From an uncultured Burkholderiales bacterium (GTDB lineage: Bacteria > Actinomycetota > Acidimicrobiia > IMCC26256 > JAGPDB01): 64,000 nucleotides of DNA. Position numbers and translations under genes: made by a program. Position 1 is the stretch's first letter. Each line of letters starts with the position of its first letter. Where the stretch lies: contig CAZLQP010000005.1 of the NCBI GenBank assembly GCA_964561855.1, forward strand, positions 1,153-65,152, read 5' to 3'. The notes below the pieces were generated by a model. It did not search any database and was not told the DNA's origin. It saw only the letters and a list, made by a program, of their open reading frames with translations. Below are positions 40,298 to 49,282 of this stretch, in pieces.

Positions 40298-41253
40298 ATG
40301 TTTTAGCTGCACTCTTTGTTGCAATCTTCGTTTTTCTTTTAGGTGCACAAATTACAGGTAATATGCCTGAAAGATTTAACCGAGTGCAAGAACGGAAAAA
40401 ACGCCATACTAAAAGAGAACAAAGACAAAGCTGGTTGAATCAAAGCGGTGCTGGAGTTACTCCTTTGCAGTTCTGGGGTATTTCAATCGGAACTGGACTA
40501 GCTAGTTTTCTACTCGTTTTTGCTTTAACGCAAGTGTTTATTATTTCGGCTGTTCCCTCTATCATGTTGGGACTTTTACCCAGAACGTATTTTGCTCGCA
40601 AGCGAATAAAAGGACGAGAAGAACGAGTGCAGGCTTGGCCAGATGCACTAAGAACTCTAATTGCAGGGATCTCTTCAAGTCAGTCATTGCATCAGTCCCT
40701 ACGTTCGCTTGGAACAGGCGGACCTGTACCATTAAGACCTGTCTTTCAAAAATATGCACGACTAACACAAGCGTTAGATCAGCGAAGTGCGTTAGAAGTT
40801 ATCAAAGAAGATTTAGCCGATCCAATGAGTGATCGCATTATCGAAATTTTGATTGCAGCAACTGAAGCAGGTCCTGGTGTTGTTTTAGATATCTTACGAG
40901 ACTTAGCTGATTCAACAACAAGAGATTTACAATTAAGAGAACATATTGAAACTATGCAGACTGAACAAAAGCTAAATGCTCGAATTGTTTTTGTTATGCC
41001 TTATCTGTTGCTGATAATGATGGTTATGGCATCTGAAGAGATTAAAGATTTTTACCGCACTCCGGCAGGAGTTTTCATTATAGTCTTAGGTACTTTGATT
41101 TTGTCGGCAGGTATGTTGTTTATTCAAAAACTTGGTGTAATCCCGATGGAGCAAAGAGTTTTTGCACAATCAGTAACTGATGATAAGGAAAGAAAGATCA
41201 TTGAACAGTCGAATCGTAAACAAGGCGATTCGCCTTTGGAGCAATTCTCATGA
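40294..41253 (+). CDS. tadB: Tad platform protein TadB (T2SSF family)
   Basis: TM, WPDALRTLIAGISSSQSLHQSL, second TM pair; overlaps tadA stop. Confidence 0.88.
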   Translation: MNVLAALFVAIFVFLLGAQITGNMPERFNRVQERKKRHTKREQRQSWLNQSGAGVTPLQFWGISIGTGLASFLLVFALTQVFIISAVPSIMLGLLPRTYFARKRIKGREERVQAWPDALRTLIAGISSSQSLHQSLRSLGTGGPVPLRPVFQKYARLTQALDQRSALEVIKEDLADPMSDRIIEILIAATEAGPGVVLDILRDLADSTTRDLQLREHIETMQTEQKLNARIVFVMPYLLLIMMVMASEEIKDFYRTPAGVFIIVLGTLILSAGMLFIQKLGVIPMEQRVFAQSVTDDKERKIIEQSNRKQGDSPLEQFS

Positions 41254-42188
41254 GTTCTATGATTTTCTTTATTGGCTTGTTGATGGCATTTTGTGTCGGT
41301 TCAATTGCTGCACTCTTTTTCAAACCTCCAAGAAAACTTTCTTCTAGAGTCGCGCCATATACTCAATTGAATCGTTCAAGGCTAGGAAAAGGTGCAGATC
41401 TAACTGCAATCGGTTCGCTAGATAGCGCTGCTCCTCAGACTGCATTTGGAAGGATTTTTGGGCCTATCGGACAGTCGTTGGCAGATTTCTTGGGCCAAAT
41501 TATTGATGCAGGAGATGATGCATTCTTAGCTTTGCGTCTTCGTCAGGCTGGATTTTTAGATACTTCTCCTTCACAGTATCGAATGCGTCAACTTTCGTAT
41601 ACGCTTGGAGGAGCAGGTGCATGTACAGCATTGGGCTTGTTTGCTGGTAGCACATCTTTAACACTGCTTGGCTTTTTTGGTGGTGGACTTTGGGGTGCGA
41701 CTGCATGGCGAGGAAAAGTAAACAAAGCTATTAAATCTCGTCGCGAGCGAATGCGAATCGAACTATATACAGTTTCGCAATTGATCGCGATGCAAATGCG
41801 GACAGGTCAAGGATCTGTTGCTGCAGTGCAAGAAGTTACTCGTCGAGGAAGAGGACCTGTTGTTAGAGAATTGGCTGAAGCACTCAACTGGATGAGCTCA
41901 GGTATGGAACAATCTGAAGCGTACGAAAGACTCGGAGTTGAAACTCCCGAACCTGCAGCTGCAAGGTTGTATCGCGCTTTGGCTGATGGTGTTCGAAGTG
42001 GTGGAGACTTAGCGTCAACGCTGTTGACAATTTCAGATGATCTTCGTAGTGAAAGACGAGAAGAATTAGAGCGCAATGCAACAAAAAGACGAGGTGCGAT
42101 GTTGATACCAACAATTGTTATTATGTCTCCAGTAGTTCTTCTTTTCTTGATAGCACCAATACCTAGACTTCTCGCAGGGGGTGGCTAA
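41250..42188 (+). CDS. tadC: Tad platform protein TadC (T2SSF family)
   Basis: LRLRQAG, ELYTVSQLIAMQMRTG, SDDLRSERREE...MLIPTIV. Confidence 0.88.
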   Translation: MSSMIFFIGLLMAFCVGSIAALFFKPPRKLSSRVAPYTQLNRSRLGKGADLTAIGSLDSAAPQTAFGRIFGPIGQSLADFLGQIIDAGDDAFLALRLRQAGFLDTSPSQYRMRQLSYTLGGAGACTALGLFAGSTSLTLLGFFGGGLWGATAWRGKVNKAIKSRRERMRIELYTVSQLIAMQMRTGQGSVAAVQEVTRRGRGPVVRELAEALNWMSSGMEQSEAYERLGVETPEPAAARLYRALADGVRSGGDLASTLLTISDDLRSERREELERNATKRRGAMLIPTIVIMSPVVLLFLIAPIPRLLAGGG

Positions 42189-42294
42189 AAGTGTTTTTTA
42201 AGCCCCGAAATATAACGCTTGTAAGATTTTCTGATGCCAATCAACGAATGATGAATAATTATGCGAATAATGCGAAAAGCTACAAAAATAATTC

Positions 42295-42323
42295 TTGTCA
42301 AGAGCTAGAATATGTCCGACAAT
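42295..42323 (+). promoter_or_regulatory. putative sigma70-type promoter of the flp pilin gene
   Basis: TTGTCA - 17 nt - GACAAT, 45 nt upstream of the flp ATG. Confidence 0.45.
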
Positions 42324-42367
42324 ATAGAAAACCAGCTAGTTGCCCAGGTTGGTTATAAGGAGCCCCA

Positions 42368-42598
42368 ATGTTAAAGCTATATGTTGATTGTTTAACTTAC
42401 ATCAATTCAGCTAAGAGTTCTTTTAAACGTAGAGCTGATGAAGAAGGCTTCGTTAGTGCTGAAACTATTGCGATTGCTGTTGCGGGTGTTGTGATTGTTG
42501 GTTTGTTGTTTGGGATTTTTAGGGATCAACTAACAGGATTTGCAGATGGAATAATGGAACGCATCGGCGGTTTTGAAGATACTGAACCAACTCCGTAG
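42368..42598 (+). CDS. flp: Flp major pilin
   Basis: Leader ending RRADEEG, then FVSAET plus hydrophobic helix; predicted mature pilin 49 aa; strong SD AAGGAG. Confidence 0.85.
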   Translation: MLKLYVDCLTYINSAKSSFKRRADEEGFVSAETIAIAVAGVVIVGLLFGIFRDQLTGFADGIMERIGGFEDTEPTP

Positions 42599-42631
42599 TG
42601 GTTTTAATTTGATTCTTAATTGAGGTGTGAC

Positions 42632-43159
42632 GTGAAATTTCGCTTAGCTAAAAGAGCGAAAGATACGAATCAGCTCGGCTTTGTATCCGCTCAGTTTTTA
42701 GGCCTAATTGCTATCACTTTGTTTTTCTTATCAGGTGTAGTTCAAATTTTATTCATTGAGTATTCTCGTCAAGCAGCTATTACTGCAGCAAATGAAGCAG
42801 CACGCGCAGGATCTCAGAGTATTGACTTTCGACGAGCATTTGAAGCTCTTGAATCTACCGATCAAAGTGTGCGTGATGAAGCAGCAATTCAAATTGCTAA
42901 TGCAGAACAAGTTTGTGTTGAGCGGCTTACTTCTGCTGCAGATGACTTATTAGGCGTAAGTGCAGAAATTGAAGAGGATGGTATTTCTTGTGAAGTTCTA
43001 TCCAATAACGAAGTCGATCCTGCAAACGCTACGAGATTCTATATGCAAGCAAATTACTCTGCGACTGCGAGTGCGTTCATTCCATGGGCAAAACCTTTTG
43101 CAGACAATCGCCTAAAGAATCTCAGTGCAGTATATGAACAGCGTCAGGCGGCAGAATGA
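42632..43159 (+). CDS. tadE: TadE-like pseudopilin
   Basis: QLG/FVSAQF plus hydrophobic helix, AAITAANEAARAGS, two Cys. Confidence 0.75.
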   Translation: MKFRLAKRAKDTNQLGFVSAQFLGLIAITLFFLSGVVQILFIEYSRQAAITAANEAARAGSQSIDFRRAFEALESTDQSVRDEAAIQIANAEQVCVERLTSAADDLLGVSAEIEEDGISCEVLSNNEVDPANATRFYMQANYSATASAFIPWAKPFADNRLKNLSAVYEQRQAAE

Positions 43160-43653
43160 TTATTCAATGGCCACGTCGCGACGAAATTTCTGCAGATGAA
43201 AGCGGTTTTATGTCTGCTGAATGGTTGGCAGCTTTTGGTGTTTTGGTTATTCCAGTTTTTATTTTGGTTGTATCTTTAATCCAAGTACCGCCGAGGGTTT
43301 CTGCGGGTAACAATGCCGCTTCGCAAGCAGCGCTAGCTTACGTTGGAGCACTTGATCAAAGTCAGGCAATCGATCAGGCCGAAGAAGCTGCAGAAGATGC
43401 AATTACTTCGAGAAACTTAGGGATATCTGCATCCGAAATAAGAGTTGAAGTCGTTGAATCAAATGGATATTGTCCGGGCAGAGAAGTAACAATAGAAGTA
43501 ACAATCCCAATACCGGTTTCGATCAATCCATTTGGTGATTCTGCTTTGTTTGAGTTCGGCTCGCTTAGCTCTCGTTCAACTGAACGAATAGATGATTATG
43601 CAGAACTTGCTAATGTTGGCGACATGGCTAGTGGGTTATGTGATACGCCATGA
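43156..43653 (+). CDS. tadE: TadE/TadF-like pseudopilin
   Basis: DESG/FMSAEW plus hydrophobic helix, AASQAALAY, CPGREVTIEV, ERIDDY. Confidence 0.8.
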   Translation: MIIQWPRRDEISADESGFMSAEWLAAFGVLVIPVFILVVSLIQVPPRVSAGNNAASQAALAYVGALDQSQAIDQAEEAAEDAITSRNLGISASEIRVEVVESNGYCPGREVTIEVTIPIPVSINPFGDSALFEFGSLSSRSTERIDDYAELANVGDMASGLCDTP

Positions 43654-44120
43654 ATATGAAGTTGAAGGATTCGGGTTTTGCATCTTCTTGGATGCTCGGT
43701 TTTGTCGCAATCATTTTGTTTATGGGGGTTTTCTTTTTCGAACTTGGGTCAATATATATCGAACGACAAAAGCTAGTTGATACAGCAGATCGCGCAGCTG
43801 CAGCCGGAGCAACCGCCATTGACGAAGATCAGTTGATTGCGACAGGAAACATTGTCCTTGATGCCGATGAAGCAAATATTCGTTGTACACAATCTCTTAA
43901 TAGCTCCATTGAAGATGCTTTTTCAGATGGCGGCTCCGAATTAATTATTGAACCAGGAGTTTGTGCTGCCGAACCTGGGGTGATGGTTGTAAACGCAAAA
44001 GCAGAGTTAGAGTTTGGCCCAGTTTTTAGGATTCTTGGCTTTCCAAATCGAACCTTTGAGATCCAAGCACAAGCTCGGCCTAGCTGTAGTGATGACCAGT
44101 CTTTGTCTGCAGATTGTTAA
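43650..44120 (+). CDS. tadG: TadG-like (Tad/TadE-G) pilin-associated protein
   Basis: DSG/FASSW plus TM, ERQKLVDTADRAAAAGA typical of the Tad domain. Confidence 0.82.
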   Translation: MNMKLKDSGFASSWMLGFVAIILFMGVFFFELGSIYIERQKLVDTADRAAAAGATAIDEDQLIATGNIVLDADEANIRCTQSLNSSIEDAFSDGGSELIIEPGVCAAEPGVMVVNAKAELEFGPVFRILGFPNRTFEIQAQARPSCSDDQSLSADC

Positions 44121-44294
44121 CTAAAAATCGGCCTGAAAATAACTACAAAAAGTACTTGTATATTTGTAATTGATGCTTCACAATTAGAAATAGCAATATT
44201 GCGAATAACGCGTTACAAAAACGACGTTTTTGCGTGCCTTTATGCCATGTAATTGGCCTAGTGGCTGATATTACTTTGGAATGAGAGGAAATCA

Positions 44295-45272
44295 ATGCCG
44301 GAAGTAATGCATATCGAGGTTGATGAAGATTTTGACCCTCGCCCGAAAGAGGCTCCATTTAGCCTGCGTGACCCCGAAGGCAACCCGAATTGGCCGATTA
44401 TCGGTGGTATTGCATTAGCCATAGTACTTGTCTTGGCGATAATCATTGTCTTAGTGAATCCATTTGGCTCGAAAGAAGAAGTCGTCCAACGTTCAGAGTG
44501 GACTCCATCTGACCCGACTATTGCAGTTAATTTTTTAGATACTTATCCTGTAGATGATCCCATGGTTAAATCAATCCAAGATTCTTTTGATGCTTTGGCT
44601 GAATTTCTTGCAACTGGCGATATTGAGGTTGTTCAAAGTACTTTTGACTTAGCGGGTCGTCAATATGCCTTACTAGTTGAAGAGCAGCCCAAAATTGCAG
44701 CAAATCCAGATACTGAAGGTCCAGCTGTAGTGAGATTGGGCCCTGTGGGCAAGGTCTCTCAGGTAGACAATACGTTTGTTGTTAGAGTAGTTATTCGCTG
44801 GACTATTCCTGGGAAAGAAGGTCAGGACCTCGAATATGACCTTACTATGTTAAGGGAAAACAATAACACTTACCTCTTAAGTGTTATATCAGAAACAAAT
44901 CCAATAGAGCCAAAGCCTATTAGTTTCTGTACGGCAGCAGATGTAATTGCAGGGTTGGATCCTTTCGAGACTGTTGCAAAAGAGCTAGAGAGTTTTTCAA
45001 CTAGCGATCAAATCGCATTAACTCTGGAAGTAATTGATATAAGACTAAAGGCATGGAACCTAATGAAAACCGCTACTAGCGGGACAAGTGATAGGGAAAA
45101 TGTTGATGCAATAATCGATGAATACTCCAAGGTGCAAGGAGAGGCAGACGCTGCAGCGACATATGAAGAGCTGTTCGTAAGGCAGGACTTTGATCGACTT
45201 ACAAGCAATCAAAAGATTATGCAAGATCGAGTTCGTTCTCAGTGTGACGGGCTGGATATTAGTGACAGGTAA
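44295..45272 (+). CDS. membrane-anchored hypothetical protein between the Tad and T4SS genes
   Basis: SD GAGG; single TM (WPIIGGIALAIVLVLAIIIVLV), beta-rich middle, helical C-terminus with two Cys. Confidence 0.75.
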   Translation: MPEVMHIEVDEDFDPRPKEAPFSLRDPEGNPNWPIIGGIALAIVLVLAIIIVLVNPFGSKEEVVQRSEWTPSDPTIAVNFLDTYPVDDPMVKSIQDSFDALAEFLATGDIEVVQSTFDLAGRQYALLVEEQPKIAANPDTEGPAVVRLGPVGKVSQVDNTFVVRVVIRWTIPGKEGQDLEYDLTMLRENNNTYLLSVISETNPIEPKPISFCTAADVIAGLDPFETVAKELESFSTSDQIALTLEVIDIRLKAWNLMKTATSGTSDRENVDAIIDEYSKVQGEADAAATYEELFVRQDFDRLTSNQKIMQDRVRSQCDGLDISDR

Positions 45273-45383
45273 GATAAAAAAGCAATATTTAGAATGTCAT
45301 ATTGCGAATAAAAAGAATAGAAGTTCATCTTGCGTTATTTGGAGGTCTATGTTATATTTAAACTACTTTCACAAGGAGGAGCC

Positions 45384-45734
45384 ATGTTGTCGAACTTATA
45401 TCTAGGGGCCATTGGTCTTGCACAACAGGTAAATAATGGTACAGATCGAATATCGAACTCTCGAAATCAGTTTGACGATACTGCACCTGGTCAAGCTCAG
45501 CTAACTGAACTGATTGGGACTATTAGGTCATGGGCTATCATTGCCTGTGTTCTTGCAATCATTATTGCTGCGATTATTTGGGCATGGGGTTCACAAAGCC
45601 AGAATGCCGCACAAGCAACACAAGGTAAAAAAGGTATGATTATCGCAGTTGCGGCTGCCGCAATCATATTTGCCGCTGAACCACTCATTGACTGGGGTAT
45701 CAGACTCGGCTCTGGAGTTAGAGACGGCGGATAA
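45384..45734 (+). CDS. VirB2/TrbC-like T4SS pilin (DUF6112-like)
   Basis: SD AAGGAGG; PGQAQLTELIGTIRSWAIIACVLAIIIAAIIWAWGSQSQN...GKKGMIIAVAAAAII two-helix pattern of actinobacterial conjugative pilins. Confidence 0.78.
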   Translation: MLSNLYLGAIGLAQQVNNGTDRISNSRNQFDDTAPGQAQLTELIGTIRSWAIIACVLAIIIAAIIWAWGSQSQNAAQATQGKKGMIIAVAAAAIIFAAEPLIDWGIRLGSGVRDGG

Positions 45735-45773
45735 CCAAAAGTACTTGGCTTCAAACCTTACTAAAGTTCTAAA

Positions 45774-45806
45774 GCGCGCCCGTGAAATTTCACGAGCGCG
45801 TTTTTT
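45774..45806 (+). terminator. intrinsic terminator after the VirB2-like pilin
   Basis: GCGCGCCCGTGAAATTTCACGAGCGCG hairpin followed by TTTTTT. Confidence 0.8.
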
Positions 45807-45821
45807 GCAGGGAGGCAAAAA

Positions 45822-46700
45822 ATGACAACACCCGCTGATCAGCTCAAAGACCTATTTGATTCCAAAGATGACAAAGGGAAGCTGGATTTCGAAAAGCATA
45901 TCGTAACGCGATTAGATTTGAACCGACAAGAGATATTAGCTCTACAAATGGATCAGATTGAGAATCCATCGCCAGAGAATGCCCGCAATATTGCTGTGTT
46001 AGAAGTTCGTGCATCACAATATCGAGAAGTGATGCAATATATAGCTCCAGAGATTGCGCGTATTCATGAACAGACTCAAGGGCAAGAACAGACACAGCAA
46101 AATGATCAAGTAGAACAAGGTGTTCAAGCCGATCCGGGTCAAAAGAAATTTCCGAAATGGGTTGCTTATACGGCAATTGCTACAACTGGTCCATTTGCAG
46201 CAGTGTTGTTGATTCCAAAAGTAAAAGATGCAGTTACTGAAAAATTTGGAACTCCAGTGCAAGATGCATCTGATCAAGAAGGGCCAAAATCTCAGCAGAC
46301 CAAAAAATGGTATCAACCTACCGTCAAAAAAGCGATTGTGGGATTGGTTGCGGTAGGAGTATTGTCTCAAGGTGGAAGATGGTATAACGATCAGCAAGCT
46401 GAACAAGAAAATCTGGAGCAGGATCCAAATGGTCAAGTAGTTGGTATACCTACCCCGACGATACCTGAGGGTTATTGCGAGATAGAACCAGGTGAGGGCT
46501 TGCTTGAGTATGAAGCTGAAATGGCTCTTTTGGAGGCCGAAGGCGATCTTGACCAAGCGCTTCTCGATCTAGAAATAGCTCTCGATGGTTATGCATCTGA
46601 AAGATGTACGCTTGATGATATAGCTACTGCTAAGGAAGTCGGAGCGCAGGAATTGACTCGTTTGGCACAACAGCCTCAGGGTCGTGGTTTGGGCGACTAG
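45822..46700 (+). CDS. hypothetical membrane protein, paralogue A
   Basis: SD GGAGG; coiled/Gln-rich N-terminus, two hydrophobic segments, C-terminal two-Cys domain. Confidence 0.75.
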   Translation: MTTPADQLKDLFDSKDDKGKLDFEKHIVTRLDLNRQEILALQMDQIENPSPENARNIAVLEVRASQYREVMQYIAPEIARIHEQTQGQEQTQQNDQVEQGVQADPGQKKFPKWVAYTAIATTGPFAAVLLIPKVKDAVTEKFGTPVQDASDQEGPKSQQTKKWYQPTVKKAIVGLVAVGVLSQGGRWYNDQQAEQENLEQDPNGQVVGIPTPTIPEGYCEIEPGEGLLEYEAEMALLEAEGDLDQALLDLEIALDGYASERCTLDDIATAKEVGAQELTRLAQQPQGRGLGD

Positions 46701-46722
46701 AAAACATTTTAGGAGAGTTCGA

Positions 46723-47172
46723 ATGGGAGCCTATAACAATATTCAAAGAAAATTTTTTAGAGCTATTGGTCGAGAGGTAGTCGAATCTGTGAATCAACCA
46801 GAGGTCCAGTTTAGTGGCGAAACACAAGGCGAACCTTCAAAAAAGCAGCCATCAAAATTGAGAATATTCTTATTGACACTTGCTGCTGGAGTGGGTGGCA
46901 CTTGGGGATACACACAATTATCGAATCCTGATGGTTTAGGTTGTGATCTCGATGTAAACGTCGGGGTTGAACTTGTAAAAGATAGAGTTCAAGAACTTGA
47001 AGATCAAGGTGTTGAAATTACACTGCAAGATCTTGATCAAATTAATCATGAAACTAGAGTTAAAACTATGCAATATGGTTCAGCATACAACTGCCCTCAG
47101 AGCACCAAACGATTCGCGGAACAAGGAAGAATTGAAGAAATGAATCGCCAATATAAAGATCTTGGTCGCTAG
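46723..47172 (+). CDS. hypothetical membrane protein, paralogue B
   Basis: SD AGGAG before ATG 46723; single TM then a two-Cys domain resembling that of the previous gene. Confidence 0.72.
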   Translation: MGAYNNIQRKFFRAIGREVVESVNQPEVQFSGETQGEPSKKQPSKLRIFLLTLAAGVGGTWGYTQLSNPDGLGCDLDVNVGVELVKDRVQELEDQGVEITLQDLDQINHETRVKTMQYGSAYNCPQSTKRFAEQGRIEEMNRQYKDLGR

Positions 47173-47185
47173 TTCTTTTAAACCA

Positions 47186-47920
47186 TTAAGCGTTCGGAAC
47201 TTGTGATAGCAACTTAGGAATTAAGGTTCCATTTACATTTTCAAAGTAGACATTGATTTGTTGAGATATAGTTGTTGATCCACTTGGTGTTGGACATTTT
47301 GCAGAATATCTCACATAGGTGACAATCCAATTTTTACTTTGAGGTAATGGTAAAGAAATTGCTCCTGCGATGTCGCTTTTGAATTCAGTACAGATTCCCT
47401 TTGGTTGTCCTGCAAAATACTCTGGCCATTTATTCGTGCCTACTCCAGTTACCTCTGCTTTCGTTACTTCAATAGCAGTTGTTCTTGCTTTTAAAAATAT
47501 GCTTTCGGGCAGATCGCTATTTGCTGGATTGTTAAGTTCAGAAATTGGGATCCCAGAAGATGTGTCTCCTCCAAGTATGGCTTCGTATCTAGGAGACACA
47601 TAATCGAATATTAAACCTGAATCGAGGGTACCGGTTGTTGGAAGTGCAGCGAGTTCTTCTTTCGCTACTCGATCAAAAGGAAGTCTAAAAGTCTGATCTT
47701 CGGATGAAGAAGTTGTCGGTACAACGTTGTTTTGAGAGCCTTCTGCGTTGTTCGATTCAAGGTCATCTGAATTCCTTTGAGAGGATTCGAATAATTCACT
47801 ACTACTTTCATTTGATGAATCAGAACTTGATGGCCAAAATGCAACAGCAAGTACAACTACTAGAACAGCTATAGACAACACTCCTGCAATTTTCTGATTG
47901 CGTGTTACCTGCGAAGACAT
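47186..47920 (-). CDS. membrane-anchored hypothetical protein downstream of the NlpC/P60 gene
   Basis: N-terminal TM (IAGVLSIAVLVVVLAVAFW), Ser/Asn-rich linker, globular domain with two Cys. Confidence 0.75.
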   Translation of the reverse strand: MSSQVTRNQKIAGVLSIAVLVVVLAVAFWPSSSDSSNESSSELFESSQRNSDDLESNNAEGSQNNVVPTTSSSEDQTFRLPFDRVAKEELAALPTTGTLDSGLIFDYVSPRYEAILGGDTSSGIPISELNNPANSDLPESIFLKARTTAIEVTKAEVTGVGTNKWPEYFAGQPKGICTEFKSDIAGAISLPLPQSKNWIVTYVRYSAKCPTPSGSTTISQQINVYFENVNGTLIPKLLSQVPNA

Positions 47921-47935
47921 TAGATATCCTTTTCC

Positions 47936-49180
47936 CTAAACAACTGCTGCAGTATTGGTTATGTTAGGCGCATAGTAGCCGTTGTAGTTACCACCGTATT
48001 TTGTTCTTACATTGGAAACATCGCCACACTTTGAAGTGTGTATTATGTTCCCGTCAGCCAGCAACATCACAACGTGTCCTGTAGATGGCAGATATAGATC
48101 TCCGGGACGTGCTGCTGATTCTGAAATTTTTGTGGCTCTCCAATTTCCTGCACGCATTAATGCAGTTGTCGGATTTCCGCCTAAATCAGTTCCTGTATCT
48201 TTATATGCAGAAGTTACAAATCCGCTGCAGTCATAATGAGAAGGACCAGTTCTTGTCGTATTGGTTGCACATTTACCATCTGGTCTTCCGTAGGGAATAC
48301 CTAAGTGATGGAAAGCCCAGATGATTGCGCGACCTGCTTCGGGAGTTCTTGCTTGTTGTACTGACTTGACGCAAAGTTCATTTGCGCTGATACTTACGCG
48401 ATATGAACCGCTTGGTATTGCTGAATCTGGAGGACAATCACTTGGATCTCCACCGCCACCGGCATATTGTGCGCATTGTGGGTTATCGGGGTTGCTAACC
48501 AAAACAGTTTGGCCTGATTGTAATGCAGGTAAAATTGATTGAACTAGACCAGCTCCGGTTGCTAGAACTCTTTCATATCGGTCTGGATGGGCTGAACGCT
48601 GCACTTTTTGTGCAGCTTCACCATGTCCCATTGATTGCCAGTTCGGTAGTGCCAAGAGTCCTTCATAGAATTTTGTAGAGGAATAGACCGGATCCATGAT
48701 CTGTTCAGGAGTTCCCCATCCTTGAGATGGTCTTTGCTGAAATAATCCTAGAGAATCCCTATCTCCACCGTTTTTGTTTTCAAATTGATCTTCAACAAGT
48801 GCTGTAATCAGTGCAATGATCAGACCCTTTTCTGGTACAGGAGGTTGCATTTGTAGACCAGTTTGTACAATTATTTGTGCGTGAGCCATCTTATGTTCTG
48901 TGATTGTGCCCGTAGAAGGTGGATTTGAGGGGTACATGTACGTTGAACCCACATTTACAGGTCCATCGGTTGCCAAAGCTGAGATTGCCATTGGTCCGCT
49001 GTCGGTGCATTGACTTGCTCCAGCTCCTGTTATCGCGGTGAGGATGCCTCCGATAAGCATCGCAAAGCCAATCATTACAATAATAAGCAATATAATGACA
49101 ACTGGTACCACTTTTTTAACAAAAAATATGATCGCTTTTTTCTTTGCTACTGCTGCAACTGCAGCAACTGGTGCTGGCAT
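47936..49180 (-). CDS. bifunctional cell-wall hydrolase: lysozyme-like domain plus NlpC/P60 (VirB1-equivalent)
   Basis: TM anchor; IALITALVE...DRDSLGLFQQRPSQGWGTPEQIMDP; catalytic YDCSGFV Cys and GHVVM His; SD AGGAGG. Confidence 0.9.
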   Translation of the reverse strand: MPAPVAAVAAVAKKKAIIFFVKKVVPVVIILLIIVMIGFAMLIGGILTAITGAGASQCTDSGPMAISALATDGPVNVGSTYMYPSNPPSTGTITEHKMAHAQIIVQTGLQMQPPVPEKGLIIALITALVEDQFENKNGGDRDSLGLFQQRPSQGWGTPEQIMDPVYSSTKFYEGLLALPNWQSMGHGEAAQKVQRSAHPDRYERVLATGAGLVQSILPALQSGQTVLVSNPDNPQCAQYAGGGGDPSDCPPDSAIPSGSYRVSISANELCVKSVQQARTPEAGRAIIWAFHHLGIPYGRPDGKCATNTTRTGPSHYDCSGFVTSAYKDTGTDLGGNPTTALMRAGNWRATKISESAARPGDLYLPSTGHVVMLLADGNIIHTSKCGDVSNVRTKYGGNYNGYYAPNITNTAAVV

Positions 49181-49233
49181 TTCTCCTCCTTTGCCTGATT
49201 ATACATTAGTAATTAGAAAATCGAAAGAACATA

Positions 49234-49262
49234 TTGCGAATTTGGGAAATAAAACGTATAAT
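49234..49262 (+). promoter_or_regulatory. sigma70-type promoter for the virB8-like to virD4 operon
   Basis: TTGCGA (49234-49239) - 17 nt - TATAAT (49257-49262), 21 nt before the ATG. Confidence 0.65.
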
Positions 49263-49282
49263 GCGAAATAAGAGGTATTTCA

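Noticed and set aside
38975-42188. Type II secretion system
   Set aside because: The T2SSE/T2SSF-like domains sit with CpaB, CpaE and Flp pilins, which defines a Tad system; no secretin or T2SS pseudopilin set is present.
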